From a virus (Duplodnaviria > Caudoviricetes): a stretch of 32,064 nt of DNA. Shown piece after piece: positions 1 through 7,285 of this stretch. The translations under genes were made by a program, and so were the position numbers. A model generated the notes under the pieces. The model did not search any database, was not told where the DNA came from, and saw nothing but the letters and a program-made list of their open reading frames with translations. Location of the stretch: IMG/VR virus record IMGVR_UViG_3300009075_000013, positions 1 through 32,064 of that record. One strand, written 5' to 3'. How positions within the stretch are numbered: the first letter of the stretch is position 1; every line of letters begins with the position of its first letter.

Positions 1-380
1 AACAAGCGTTGACAAAGGATCAACAAGATTCAACAAATTCAACAAATGTTCAACAAGATTCAACAAATTCAACTGTAATATGTAACAGTAACAGTAACAG
101 TAACAGTAACAGTAATGAATTAATAGTAAAAGGACGAAAGGCTTTTCGTCCGCCTACCGTTGAAGAAGTTTTTGAATATTGTCAAGAAAGAAAAAACGCC
201 GTTGATCCTGAAAAGTTCGTTGATTATTACACTTCGAACGGTTGGAAAGTAGGAAAAAACGCTTTGAAAGATTGGAAAGCGGCCGTTCGTACTTGGGAAA
301 AAAGTAATTTTAACAATCAAAATCAAAGTAATGCAACAACAAGAACAGAAAAAAACCTTGACGCGCTTCGTAAATTCTAA
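1..380 (+). CDS. Replication initiator, 3' part
   Basis: C-terminal FRPPTVEEV..FVDYYTSNGWKVGKN..DWKAAVRTWE motif typical of phage initiators; low-complexity linker with repeats. Confidence 0.8.
   Translation, partial: QALTKDQQDSTNSTNVQQDSTNSTVICNSNSNSNSNSNELIVKGRKAFRPPTVEEVFEYCQERKNAVDPEKFVDYYTSNGWKVGKNALKDWKAAVRTWEKSNFNNQNQSNATTRTEKNLDALRKF
19..73. repeat. Iteron-like TCAACAA repeats, probable replication origin
   Basis: CAACAAGATTCAACAAATTCAAC at 21 and 51; six TCAAC cores 9-11 bp apart inside the initiator gene. Confidence 0.6.
84..113. repeat. (AACAGT)5 microsatellite encoding (NS)n
   Basis: Read directly; 6 units in the right-hand copy. Confidence 0.95.
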
Positions 381-1179
381 CGAAAGCGAAATGATCCAGG
401 CGATCAAAAGCGAAATAAAGATTCGAAATCTGAACGACGTTGAACCGGTTAAACAATCGCTTCGATATGTTTTCAACCTGATCGGATTGAAGGCTGATCA
501 AATTCCGCTTGACTTCGAAAGGGACATTCTTTTGAAGTTTATCTTCGATAATTACGGCGGACTTGATCCGAATGAAATCAGGATCGCTTTTGAATTAGCG
601 ATCAAAGGCGAATTTCAAGTTGAAACGAATCACTTCGGAAACTTTTCTTCAATGTATTTCGCGAAAGTCGTCAACGCTTATCAAGAATTTAGAACAAAAG
701 CGGTCCTTCAGGTTCAACGCGAAGCGGAAAAAATGAAACTTGAAGAAGAAGCGCTTCGCGATCCGACAAAAGAAGAACTTGAAAACATTCAAAACGAATT
801 TGAATTGACCGTTGTTCTTCCGATCTTTGAATCTTATAAACAAATTAAAGTTCTTTCGTTTGGATTGACACCGGTCAAAATCGTTTTCAAGACGGTTTTT
901 TCGCGCGCTGAAGAACTTTCTTCCGTTGAACGTAAACTTATAAAGGTTGAAGCCGAAGAACGCGTCAAATCGCTTGAAAATAAGTTGTCAACAAAAAAGG
1001 CTTCTTCTTTTGAAGAACATAAACTTTTGAAGGACCTTTTGAATTCCTTGACAATTCCTGAAAGAAGATCTGATCAAATTCTTGAAGAATGTTATAAAAT
1101 CGCAATTGAAAAAGCGTTCGATTCCTGGATTGAATCAGGTTTCGATTATCAGTCCGAAATCCTAAAATCAAAAAAATGA
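331..1179 (+). CDS. Putative helicase loader/replication accessory protein (282 aa)
   Basis: Overlaps the initiator end (lambda O-P-like position); helical N-domain EIRIAFELAIKGEF..HFGNFS; function inferred from position. Confidence 0.5.
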   Translation: MQQQEQKKTLTRFVNSNESEMIQAIKSEIKIRNLNDVEPVKQSLRYVFNLIGLKADQIPLDFERDILLKFIFDNYGGLDPNEIRIAFELAIKGEFQVETNHFGNFSSMYFAKVVNAYQEFRTKAVLQVQREAEKMKLEEEALRDPTKEELENIQNEFELTVVLPIFESYKQIKVLSFGLTPVKIVFKTVFSRAEELSSVERKLIKVEAEERVKSLENKLSTKKASSFEEHKLLKDLLNSLTIPERRSDQILEECYKIAIEKAFDSWIESGFDYQSEILKSKK

Positions 1180-1355
1180 AACAACTTAACGCGTCAAAAG
1201 CGCTTCAATTTCTTCTTTCGCTTGAACATCAGGCTTTTCTTCGATTCCTTCGCGCTGAAGGTACAAAAGAAGAAGATCTTCCTTCGCTTGAATCCTGGCT
1301 TGAATCAAAAGGAATTCTTGAAAATGCAACAAATCAAATCAATCAATCAAACTAA
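1176..1355 (+). CDS. Small hypothetical protein (59 aa, MKQLNASKALQFLL...)
   Basis: ATGA overlap with upstream stop; fills the gap; not in ORF track. Confidence 0.7.
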   Translation: MKQLNASKALQFLLSLEHQAFLRFLRAEGTKEEDLPSLESWLESKGILENATNQINQSN

Positions 1356-1366
1356 ATTCAAATTTT

Positions 1367-1780
1367 ATGAATAAATGTATTTTTCTCGGTAACGTTGGAA
1401 ACGAACCGAACACAATAACAACCGAAGGCGGAACAATTGTCACAAAGTTTTCGCTTGCAGTCAATGAAAACTTTAAAAACGCGGCCGGCGAAAAGGAAGT
1501 TCGAACGACCTGGATTGATTTCGTCGCTTTTGGAAAGCGCGCTGAAGTTATCGAACGATTTGTTGAAAAAGGTTCAAAACTTCTGATTGAATCAAAAGCA
1601 AGCGTCAACAATTGGAAAAACGAAGCCGGCGAAAATAGACGATCAATTGAATTCGTCGTTGACAATTTTGAATTCGCCGGATCAGGAAAATCAAACAACG
1701 ATCAAAAAGAAGAAAAAGTCCAGGAATCGACGCTTTCCGAAAAATTAAACGCTGAAGAAGACGACGATCTTCCTTTTTAA
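1367..1780 (+). CDS. ssb: Single-stranded DNA-binding protein
   Basis: MNKCIFLGNVGNEP OB-fold start, TTWIDFVAFGKRAE, acidic tail DDDLPF. Confidence 0.97.
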   Translation: MNKCIFLGNVGNEPNTITTEGGTIVTKFSLAVNENFKNAAGEKEVRTTWIDFVAFGKRAEVIERFVEKGSKLLIESKASVNNWKNEAGENRRSIEFVVDNFEFAGSGKSNNDQKEEKVQESTLSEKLNAEEDDDLPF

Positions 1781-1792
1781 TCAAATGAAATA

Positions 1793-1831
1793 AACAACAA
1801 GGCGTTGAAAAGTTTTTGACGTCTTGTTGTT
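1793..1831 (+). terminator. Long hairpin after ssb (terminator or processing site)
   Basis: AACAACAAGGCGTTGAAAA / TTTTTGACGTCTTGTTGTT; the three DNA mismatches are G-U pairs. Confidence 0.5.
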
Positions 1832-1857
1832 AGTGTTAATTAATTTCAATAGTTTTG
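1824..1857 (+). promoter_or_regulatory. Bacteroidota-type promoter
   Basis: TAGTTTTG (TAnnTTTG, -7) at 1850 with TTG elements upstream; intergenic. Confidence 0.5.
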
Positions 1858-1878
1858 AAGAAACAAAAATCAAAGTAA

Positions 1879-2361
1879 ATGAAAACAGAAATCAAAAAAT
1901 TCAGGATTGACTTCAGAGGAAGGATTCCGAAAATTATTAAAGACGATTATCTTGAAAAGGAATTCGTTCTTTCAGAATCAAGGCTTCAATCGCTTGTCGT
2001 TGAAATGACTGAAAAGGATCTTGATTCACTTCTTGATAAAATGAATTCAATAAGTGACGACGAAATTAAGGTTGTCGGCGTTCAAGATCTGACGAAAACA
2101 ATCGCTTCTTGTATTCTTGAATTTGAATCAAAAGACGACGCGCCTTCGCTTTTTCGCGTCCTTGATTATTACAAAAGATTTTCAAATCCTGATTCGGCGC
2201 TTTTTACAATCAGCGAAATCGTTTCTTTGATCCAGGAAGACGGCGATTATCTTGAAGACGTCACGCGCTTTTTGACAACGAATTCGAAAGAATTTAATTT
2301 TCAAATTGACGTCAAATTGTTAAATTCGAAAATTAATAACAAAATAAATTCGAAAAAATGA
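1879..2361 (+). CDS. Hypothetical protein (160 aa)
   Basis: ORF with AATCAAAGTAA leader. Confidence 0.8.
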   Translation: MKTEIKKFRIDFRGRIPKIIKDDYLEKEFVLSESRLQSLVVEMTEKDLDSLLDKMNSISDDEIKVVGVQDLTKTIASCILEFESKDDAPSLFRVLDYYKRFSNPDSALFTISEIVSLIQEDGDYLEDVTRFLTTNSKEFNFQIDVKLLNSKINNKINSKK

Positions 2362-2609
2362 AAAACGAAAAAGATATAATAAACGCGGCAAACACAAGAA
2401 AGCCGAAATTGTCACTTCGCGGCCGCTTTGCTTTGATTCCTTCGTTGATCTTGACGATTCCTTTTCTTTTGCTGATCGGATCTTCAGGCGTCTTGATTTG
2501 GATTGTTGCGAAATTGTTTAAATTCTTCGGCCTTCTTGACGCGATTTCTTATCAACTTGAAATCATTCAGAACACAATCAATATTCAAAAGATAAAATCA
2601 AAAAGATAA
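2358..2609 (+). CDS. Small membrane protein (83 aa)
   Basis: Hydrophobic stretch FALIPSLILTIPFLLLIGSSGVLIWIVA; ATGA coupling. Confidence 0.75.
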   Translation: MKNEKDIINAANTRKPKLSLRGRFALIPSLILTIPFLLLIGSSGVLIWIVAKLFKFFGLLDAISYQLEIIQNTINIQKIKSKR

Positions 2610-2770
2610 TGTTCGGATTCGCGAAATCAAATCAACAAACGCCGCTTCAATTTACAGAAGATCAGATCCGGCAAACTGAACAATTGATTCAAACGCTTCA
2701 AAAGACGCTTGATCAGCATAAAAAAAGACGCGACTTCCTATTGAATAAACAAAAAAATCAAAACAAGTGA
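2609..2770 (+). CDS. Small coiled-coil protein (53 aa, MFGFAKSNQQ...)
   Basis: TAATG coupling upstream, GTGA coupling downstream; not in ORF track. Confidence 0.7.
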   Translation: MFGFAKSNQQTPLQFTEDQIRQTEQLIQTLQKTLDQHKKRRDFLLNKQKNQNK

Positions 2771-3066
2771 ACGCAATAATTCCAACAATTCCGACGCCGA
2801 ATCGACGATTGAAGAAAATTTATATCGCTGAAGCGGCAAAAGCGGCCGAAAAACTTGAAGAAATCAATTCGACTTTTCTTCATTATATTTTTAACGCGCC
2901 GAAGGGCGTCACTTACGAAGAACTTTATCAAATGTTTCTTGAAGAATGGACTTTTCGCGTCAAATGGTTAAATGACAACGGAAAATTGAAAGTTTGCGCC
3001 GTTCGCGCGAATTGGTTTGAATTGGAATACAAGCCGCGTCACAAGCAAATCAGAAAATCAAAGTAA
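2767..3066 (+). CDS. Hypothetical protein (99 aa)
   Basis: GTG start overlapping upstream stop. Confidence 0.75.
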   Translation: MNAIIPTIPTPNRRLKKIYIAEAAKAAEKLEEINSTFLHYIFNAPKGVTYEELYQMFLEEWTFRVKWLNDNGKLKVCAVRANWFELEYKPRHKQIRKSK

Positions 3067-3091
3067 AAAACAACAAAAAAATCAAAGTAAA

Positions 3092-3493
3092 ATGATAACT
3101 AACTTCGAAAAAATCACCGAAGAACTAACGATCGACGAACAAAAAATCGTCAATATTTTAGTCAAGCGATTTCGCGAAAAACAAGGACGTCAAAACGAAA
3201 TAACAAATAAGAAAATCGTCGCGGCGCTTTGGAATCACTATCAAATTAAGACAACCGAACCGCGAATTCGAAAAATAATCAACTTCATTCGGATCAGATC
3301 GCTTCTTCCTGGACTGATCGCGACGTCTTCAGGATATTATCTGACGGCGAATCCGAAAGAACTTGAAACCTATATTCAAAGCCTGAAGGATCGCGAAGAA
3401 GCGATTCGCGCCGTTCGAATTGCGGCGCAAAGTGACGTCGTTATTCTTGAAAATTCGTTGAAACATTCACAAAAACAAATGAATTTCAAATGA
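3092..3493 (+). CDS. Winged-helix DNA-binding protein (133 aa)
   Basis: Start moved to the ATG after the leader motif; EPRIRKIINFIR helix followed by IATSSGYY wing. Confidence 0.65.
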   Translation: MITNFEKITEELTIDEQKIVNILVKRFREKQGRQNEITNKKIVAALWNHYQIKTTEPRIRKIINFIRIRSLLPGLIATSSGYYLTANPKELETYIQSLKDREEAIRAVRIAAQSDVVILENSLKHSQKQMNFK

Positions 3494-3738
3494 AAGAAGA
3501 AACGAACACAACGTCAAAACTGATCCTTTTGTTGATTTGCGGCTTTTGGGCGGCTTTTGTTGTCTTCCTTGTGGAAAGATCAGGAAAAGAAACAAAAGTC
3601 CTTCAGATCGAAGAAGATCAAGCAAAAATCGAAATGAAAGAAGAACAAGAAGTCAAGGATTTCGCGAATGAAGATCTTTCACCGGCAAAAAGGGCTTATT
3701 TCGAAGCGATTTATCAACAATCAAACTTCAAAGAATGA
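3490..3738 (+). CDS. Single-pass membrane protein (82 aa)
   Basis: LILLLICGFWAAFVVFLV TM segment, acidic tail. Confidence 0.75.
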   Translation: MKEETNTTSKLILLLICGFWAAFVVFLVERSGKETKVLQIEEDQAKIEMKEEQEVKDFANEDLSPAKRAYFEAIYQQSNFKE

Positions 3739-3836
3739 TCGAAATTGTCGCTTTTTCCTGGATATTTGGCGGAATTGTCGCCGTTTATATTGTTTTTGTC
3801 AAACTCAAAACAAGAAGAAATGAAAAAAATCAATGA
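3735..3836 (+). CDS. Micro membrane protein (33 aa, MIEIVAFSWIFGGIVAVYIVFVKLKTRRNEKNQ)
   Basis: ATGA coupling; one TM plus basic tail; not in ORF track. Confidence 0.55.
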   Translation: MIEIVAFSWIFGGIVAVYIVFVKLKTRRNEKNQ

Positions 3837-3990
3837 ATTGATCTTGTTTTTTTGGCTTTCCGTTGTCGTTTCAATTGTTGTTTTCCTGATATACTTCGCG
3901 GAAACCGAAAGAAGATCGCAACAAGAAGAACTGAAGGATCTGAAAGAAGACTTTGAATTGATCAATTTCGGATCAGGTCAAGAATATTGA
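3820..3990 (+). CDS. Single-pass membrane protein (56 aa)
   Basis: ATG 3820 preferred over TTG 3745; TM LILFFWLSVVVSIVVFLIYF. Confidence 0.7.
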   Translation: MKKINELILFFWLSVVVSIVVFLIYFAETERRSQQEELKDLKEDFELINFGSGQEY

Positions 3991-4006
3991 ATAAAAACGA
4001 AAGAAA

Positions 4007-4165
4007 ATGAATAAAAGAAAACTGAATCAATTCAAAAAGAATCCTTTGAATCGGACGTACAACGAAAGCGCGCTTCGAATGAAGATCCGATCGCGTCACA
4101 AATACAAGAAATTCTTTGAAGGGACGTCTTTTCGAATGACTGACAACGAAGACGACGCCGATTGA
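4007..4165 (+). CDS. Small basic protein (52 aa, MNKRKLNQFKKNPLNR...)
   Basis: A-rich leader and ATG; fills the gap; not in ORF track. Confidence 0.6.
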   Translation: MNKRKLNQFKKNPLNRTYNESALRMKIRSRHKYKKFFEGTSFRMTDNEDDAD

Positions 4166-4192
4166 TTGAATCTTTTTTTATAACTTCGTTCA

Positions 4193-4765
4193 ATGACAAA
4201 GAAAACCGGGCCTTCTTCGGCCGCCGATAACGCAAAGAAGAAAACAACGACAAAGAAGCCGACTGAAAAGAAGTCGGCCGCCGGAAGAACCGCCGGAAGA
4301 AGATCAGAAGCCGACAAGATCAAGACGGCGAAGGCGATTCTTGACGTATATTCGCAAGGAAAGCACACAATCGAAAGTTGTTGCGAAGTGAACGGAATAA
4401 CTTCAAGAACCTTGTTGAATTGGTCCGATTCGATTTCTGAAATTTCGGCCCTTTTTAAAAAAGCGAAGGAAGATCAACACGAAGTCAGAAAAGGCGAACT
4501 TCGCGAACTTGCCGTTGACGGCCTTCGAAGACTTGTCACCGGTTACTTTGTCGAAGAAACCGAAATTCAAACAATCAAGAACAATCGCGGCGTCAAGGTC
4601 CGATCAATCGAAACGGTTCGAAAGAAGTATATTTCACCGCAAACGACGGCGATAATTTTCGCATTGAAGAACCTTGATCCTTTAACCTGGAATATTGAAA
4701 AGCAATCGAACGAAGAAGGCGAAGAACAAGTCTTCCTGATCGGTGAACAAATAATCAAATTTTAA
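4193..4765 (+). CDS. terS: Terminase small subunit
   Basis: HTH (TIESCCEVNGITSRTLLNW), TTAIIFALKN motif, upstream of TerL. Confidence 0.8.
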   Translation: MTKKTGPSSAADNAKKKTTTKKPTEKKSAAGRTAGRRSEADKIKTAKAILDVYSQGKHTIESCCEVNGITSRTLLNWSDSISEISALFKKAKEDQHEVRKGELRELAVDGLRRLVTGYFVEETEIQTIKNNRGVKVRSIETVRKKYISPQTTAIIFALKNLDPLTWNIEKQSNEEGEEQVFLIGEQIIKF

Positions 4766-4774
4766 CGAAGACAA

Positions 4775-5044
4775 ATGAAAGCAAAAGAAGCGCTGAAAGC
4801 GATAATTGAAGAAGTCGGATCCGGTTCAGGTTTCGAAGGTTATGAAGTCGGCGAAATTATCAAACGATTTTCAGATCAGGTCAAAGAAGAATCTTGTCAA
4901 GGTTGTTCTTTTTGGCGTCAAACAAGTCACAAATCTTCAACCGGATCTTGTCAATTCGTGAAATTAAAAAAGGATTCAGTCTTTTCAGGTTGCGGCCTGA
5001 TAACAGAAAAGACTTTCGGTTGTTCAGAATTCAAGTCAAAATGA
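4775..5044 (+). CDS. Small Cys4 (Zn-binding-like) protein (89 aa)
   Basis: CQGCSFW..GSC..FGCSEF pattern. Confidence 0.7.
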   Translation: MKAKEALKAIIEEVGSGSGFEGYEVGEIIKRFSDQVKEESCQGCSFWRQTSHKSSTGSCQFVKLKKDSVFSGCGLITEKTFGCSEFKSK

Positions 5045-5211
5045 AATCAGGGCTTCATTCAATGAAAGGGCCTTTCGGTCCAAAGAAGAAGATTTCAGGA
5101 CTTTTCAAGATCCTTTTGATTTCTTTTTCGGTCGTCTTTCTTTGGATTGTTGGACGACTTCTTGATTTGGCGCTTTCCTTGATTTTATATCTTTTAAGTT
5201 TCGCCTTTTGA
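5041..5211 (+). CDS. Small membrane protein (56 aa)
   Basis: ATG 5041 coupled to upstream stop; hydrophobic C-terminal half. Confidence 0.6.
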   Translation: MKSGLHSMKGPFGPKKKISGLFKILLISFSVVFLWIVGRLLDLALSLILYLLSFAF

Positions 5212-6485
5212 AAGTAGTTTTTGAACCGCACCCAAAACAAAAACAATTCCTTGAAGCGTTGTTTTCGTTCAAGTACCGTCTTTTAATGTACGGCGGCGCG
5301 GCCGGTGGCGGAAAAACTTTCGTTTCGATCGCCGGATTGATAATTCTTGCGAAAGTCTTTCCAGGTTCGAAGTGGCATATTGTAAGAAAATCACTTCCGA
5401 CGCTGAAAAGAACTTCGATTCCTTCTTTCTTGAAACTTTGTCCGAAACGATTTATTCGAAGCTACAATCAAACAGATCAGATCGTAACATTCACAAACGG
5501 AAGTCAGATCGTTTTTTTTCCTGAAAACTTCTTTCAAGATCCTAACTTGACAAGGTTCGACGGTTTGGAAACGAACGGTTTCTTGATTGAAGAAGGTCAA
5601 GAAATACAAAAAAAGACGCTTGAAAAATGCAAACTTCGCGCCGGTCGTCACATTATACCAGGACTAAAAGTTCAGCCGAAGCCGACGATTATCGTCACTT
5701 GCAATCCTTCGAACAATTGGACGAAGAAGGACGTTCACGATCCTTTCATTGAAGGGACGCTTTCGGACGAAATCTTTTATCTTCGCGCGACAATGGCTGA
5801 CAATCCTTCGCTTCCTGAAGACTATTTGAAAGGCCTTGAAAACGTTGACGACATTACAAAGGCGATTTTCATTGAAGGATCTTGGGACGTTGTGGACGTT
5901 GAACGTCCTTTTGTTTATTCATTCAACCGAAAGAAAACCGTCTTCAAAGGGCTTGAAATTGATCCGACTGAACCGATCAATCTTTCTTTTGACTTCAACG
6001 TTGATCCGATTACTTGCGTCGCCGGCCAAAGTTACGAAGACAAAATCAGGATCTTCAAAGAATTCAGGCTTCGAAATTCTAATATTTACGAACTTTGCGA
6101 AGCGATCAAGGTTGAATTCGGCGATCAATATTTCGTTGTGACCGGTGACGCGGCCGGATCAGCGCGTTCGGCTATGGTTCAAGGATCTTTGAATTATTAT
6201 CAAATCATTCAACAAGAACTTGATTTGACAACAAGTCAATTCAAGGTTCCGACTTTCAATCCTTCCGTCAAGAATTCGCGCGTCTTGACGAATTCAATTT
6301 GTCAGAATCACAAAGATTTCTTGATTGATTCGTCTTGTCAATACTTGATCGAAGATCTTGAAACGGTTGAAGCAACCGAAACCGGCGATATTAACAAGAC
6401 AAAAGACGCGCGAAAAAGTCACCTTCTTGACTGTATTCGTTATTATCTTTGGACCTTTCACAACAATTTTATTTCAATTCGTTAA
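5208..6485 (+). CDS. terL: Terminase large subunit
   Basis: Walker A YGGAAGGGKT, Walker B FLIEE, VTCNP motif, RNase H-like FDFN and HLLDCIRY. Confidence 0.96.
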   Translation: MKVVFEPHPKQKQFLEALFSFKYRLLMYGGAAGGGKTFVSIAGLIILAKVFPGSKWHIVRKSLPTLKRTSIPSFLKLCPKRFIRSYNQTDQIVTFTNGSQIVFFPENFFQDPNLTRFDGLETNGFLIEEGQEIQKKTLEKCKLRAGRHIIPGLKVQPKPTIIVTCNPSNNWTKKDVHDPFIEGTLSDEIFYLRATMADNPSLPEDYLKGLENVDDITKAIFIEGSWDVVDVERPFVYSFNRKKTVFKGLEIDPTEPINLSFDFNVDPITCVAGQSYEDKIRIFKEFRLRNSNIYELCEAIKVEFGDQYFVVTGDAAGSARSAMVQGSLNYYQIIQQELDLTTSQFKVPTFNPSVKNSRVLTNSICQNHKDFLIDSSCQYLIEDLETVEATETGDINKTKDARKSHLLDCIRYYLWTFHNNFISIR

Positions 6486-6489
6486 TTTG

Positions 6490-6497
6490 TATATTTG
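6490..6497 (+). promoter_or_regulatory. TAnnTTTG promoter box before the tail chaperone/TMP block
   Basis: TATATTTG, intergenic. Confidence 0.55.
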
Positions 6498-6514
6498 AAG
6501 AAAATTTATAAAAA

Positions 6515-7084
6515 ATGATCTTCTTCAAAAACAAAAAGAAAAACGAAATCAAAGGCGTTGAAAGTCAGTTTGAAACGCGAAAAATATTCGAAGACCGATT
6601 CGGAAATAATTGGTTTGAATACACGAATAAAATGAACATACCGGCAACGCGAACACTTGCGGCCGAAGTCGCGACAAGGTTCGCCGATATGAATTTGACA
6701 AAAGCCAAAATGAAAGATTTAATTTCAAAGATCAAAGGCTTCGCAAATTCCGGCGATATTGTTCAGGCTTTCGCAATCCTTCAAGAAATTGAATTCCGGC
6801 TTGATTTTATAGGCGAAGAAGAAACGCTTCTTGAATTCGCTTCAATTTACTTCCTGATTGACGGCGAACCTGAAATCTTGACCGAATCTTTCCAGGCCAA
6901 AAAGAAGGCCGCTTTGAAAGACGACGCCGAAGCGCGCGCTTTTTTTTTGTCAAGGGCCTTTCAGATCATAACGAATTATTCAACGTTATCAGAAACCGAT
7001 TTCCTAAAGTATTTGAAAGCGAATCAGGTTCACGCCGACCGAATCCTTCGATTTTTACCGGTCAAAACGTCGGAAAATATATAG
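6515..7084 (+). CDS. Tail assembly chaperone (lambda gpG-like)
   Basis: Directly upstream of the TMP; carries a T9 slippery run at 6940-6948. Confidence 0.7.
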   Translation: MIFFKNKKKNEIKGVESQFETRKIFEDRFGNNWFEYTNKMNIPATRTLAAEVATRFADMNLTKAKMKDLISKIKGFANSGDIVQAFAILQEIEFRLDFIGEEETLLEFASIYFLIDGEPEILTESFQAKKKAALKDDAEARAFFLSRAFQIITNYSTLSETDFLKYLKANQVHADRILRFLPVKTSENI

Positions 7085-7284
7085 AAGATATAAATTATTT
7101 GAATTCAATGATTTGTCAAAGTCAGCCTTCCGAAATTGAAAAACTTGAATCGTTAACGACTGAAAGTTATTATTCAACGGTTAATACCTGGCTTCGAATA
7201 GTTGAAGAAAAAAACAAAGCAATCGAAGGAAGTTCAGGCGGTTCAGGATCAAAGTCAAAAAACAAACATTCTTCAATTAGTTAA
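6940..7284 (+). CDS. -1 frameshift extension of the tail chaperone (gpGT-like)
   Basis: -1 frame open from 6862 to TAA 7284 and includes ORF 7099..7284; entry at T TTT TTT. Confidence 0.7.
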   Translation, partial: FFFVKGLSDHNELFNVIRNRFPKVFESESGSRRPNPSIFTGQNVGKYIEDINYLNSMICQSQPSEIEKLESLTTESYYSTVNTWLRIVEEKNKAIEGSSGGSGSKSKNKHSSIS

Positions 7285-7285
7285 A

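Larger units (their letters stand above)
1..202. repeat. Terminal direct repeat, left copy
   Basis: Matches 31857..32064 except (AACAGT)5 here versus (AACAGT)6. Confidence 0.95.

Noticed and set aside
19-113. CRISPR-like array
   Set aside because: Short tandem repeats without unique spacers, inside a CDS, and no cas genes.
1-202. Physical direct terminal repeats of the virion DNA
   Set aside because: The repeat falls mid-gene at a low-complexity tract, so it is more likely assembly overlap of a circular or permuted genome.
7202-7285. Upstream starts given by the track (7202, also 3017, 3745, 4894, 18212, 24183, 27830, 28439)
   Set aside because: They overlap upstream genes or promoters; downstream ATGs have better leader context or coupling.
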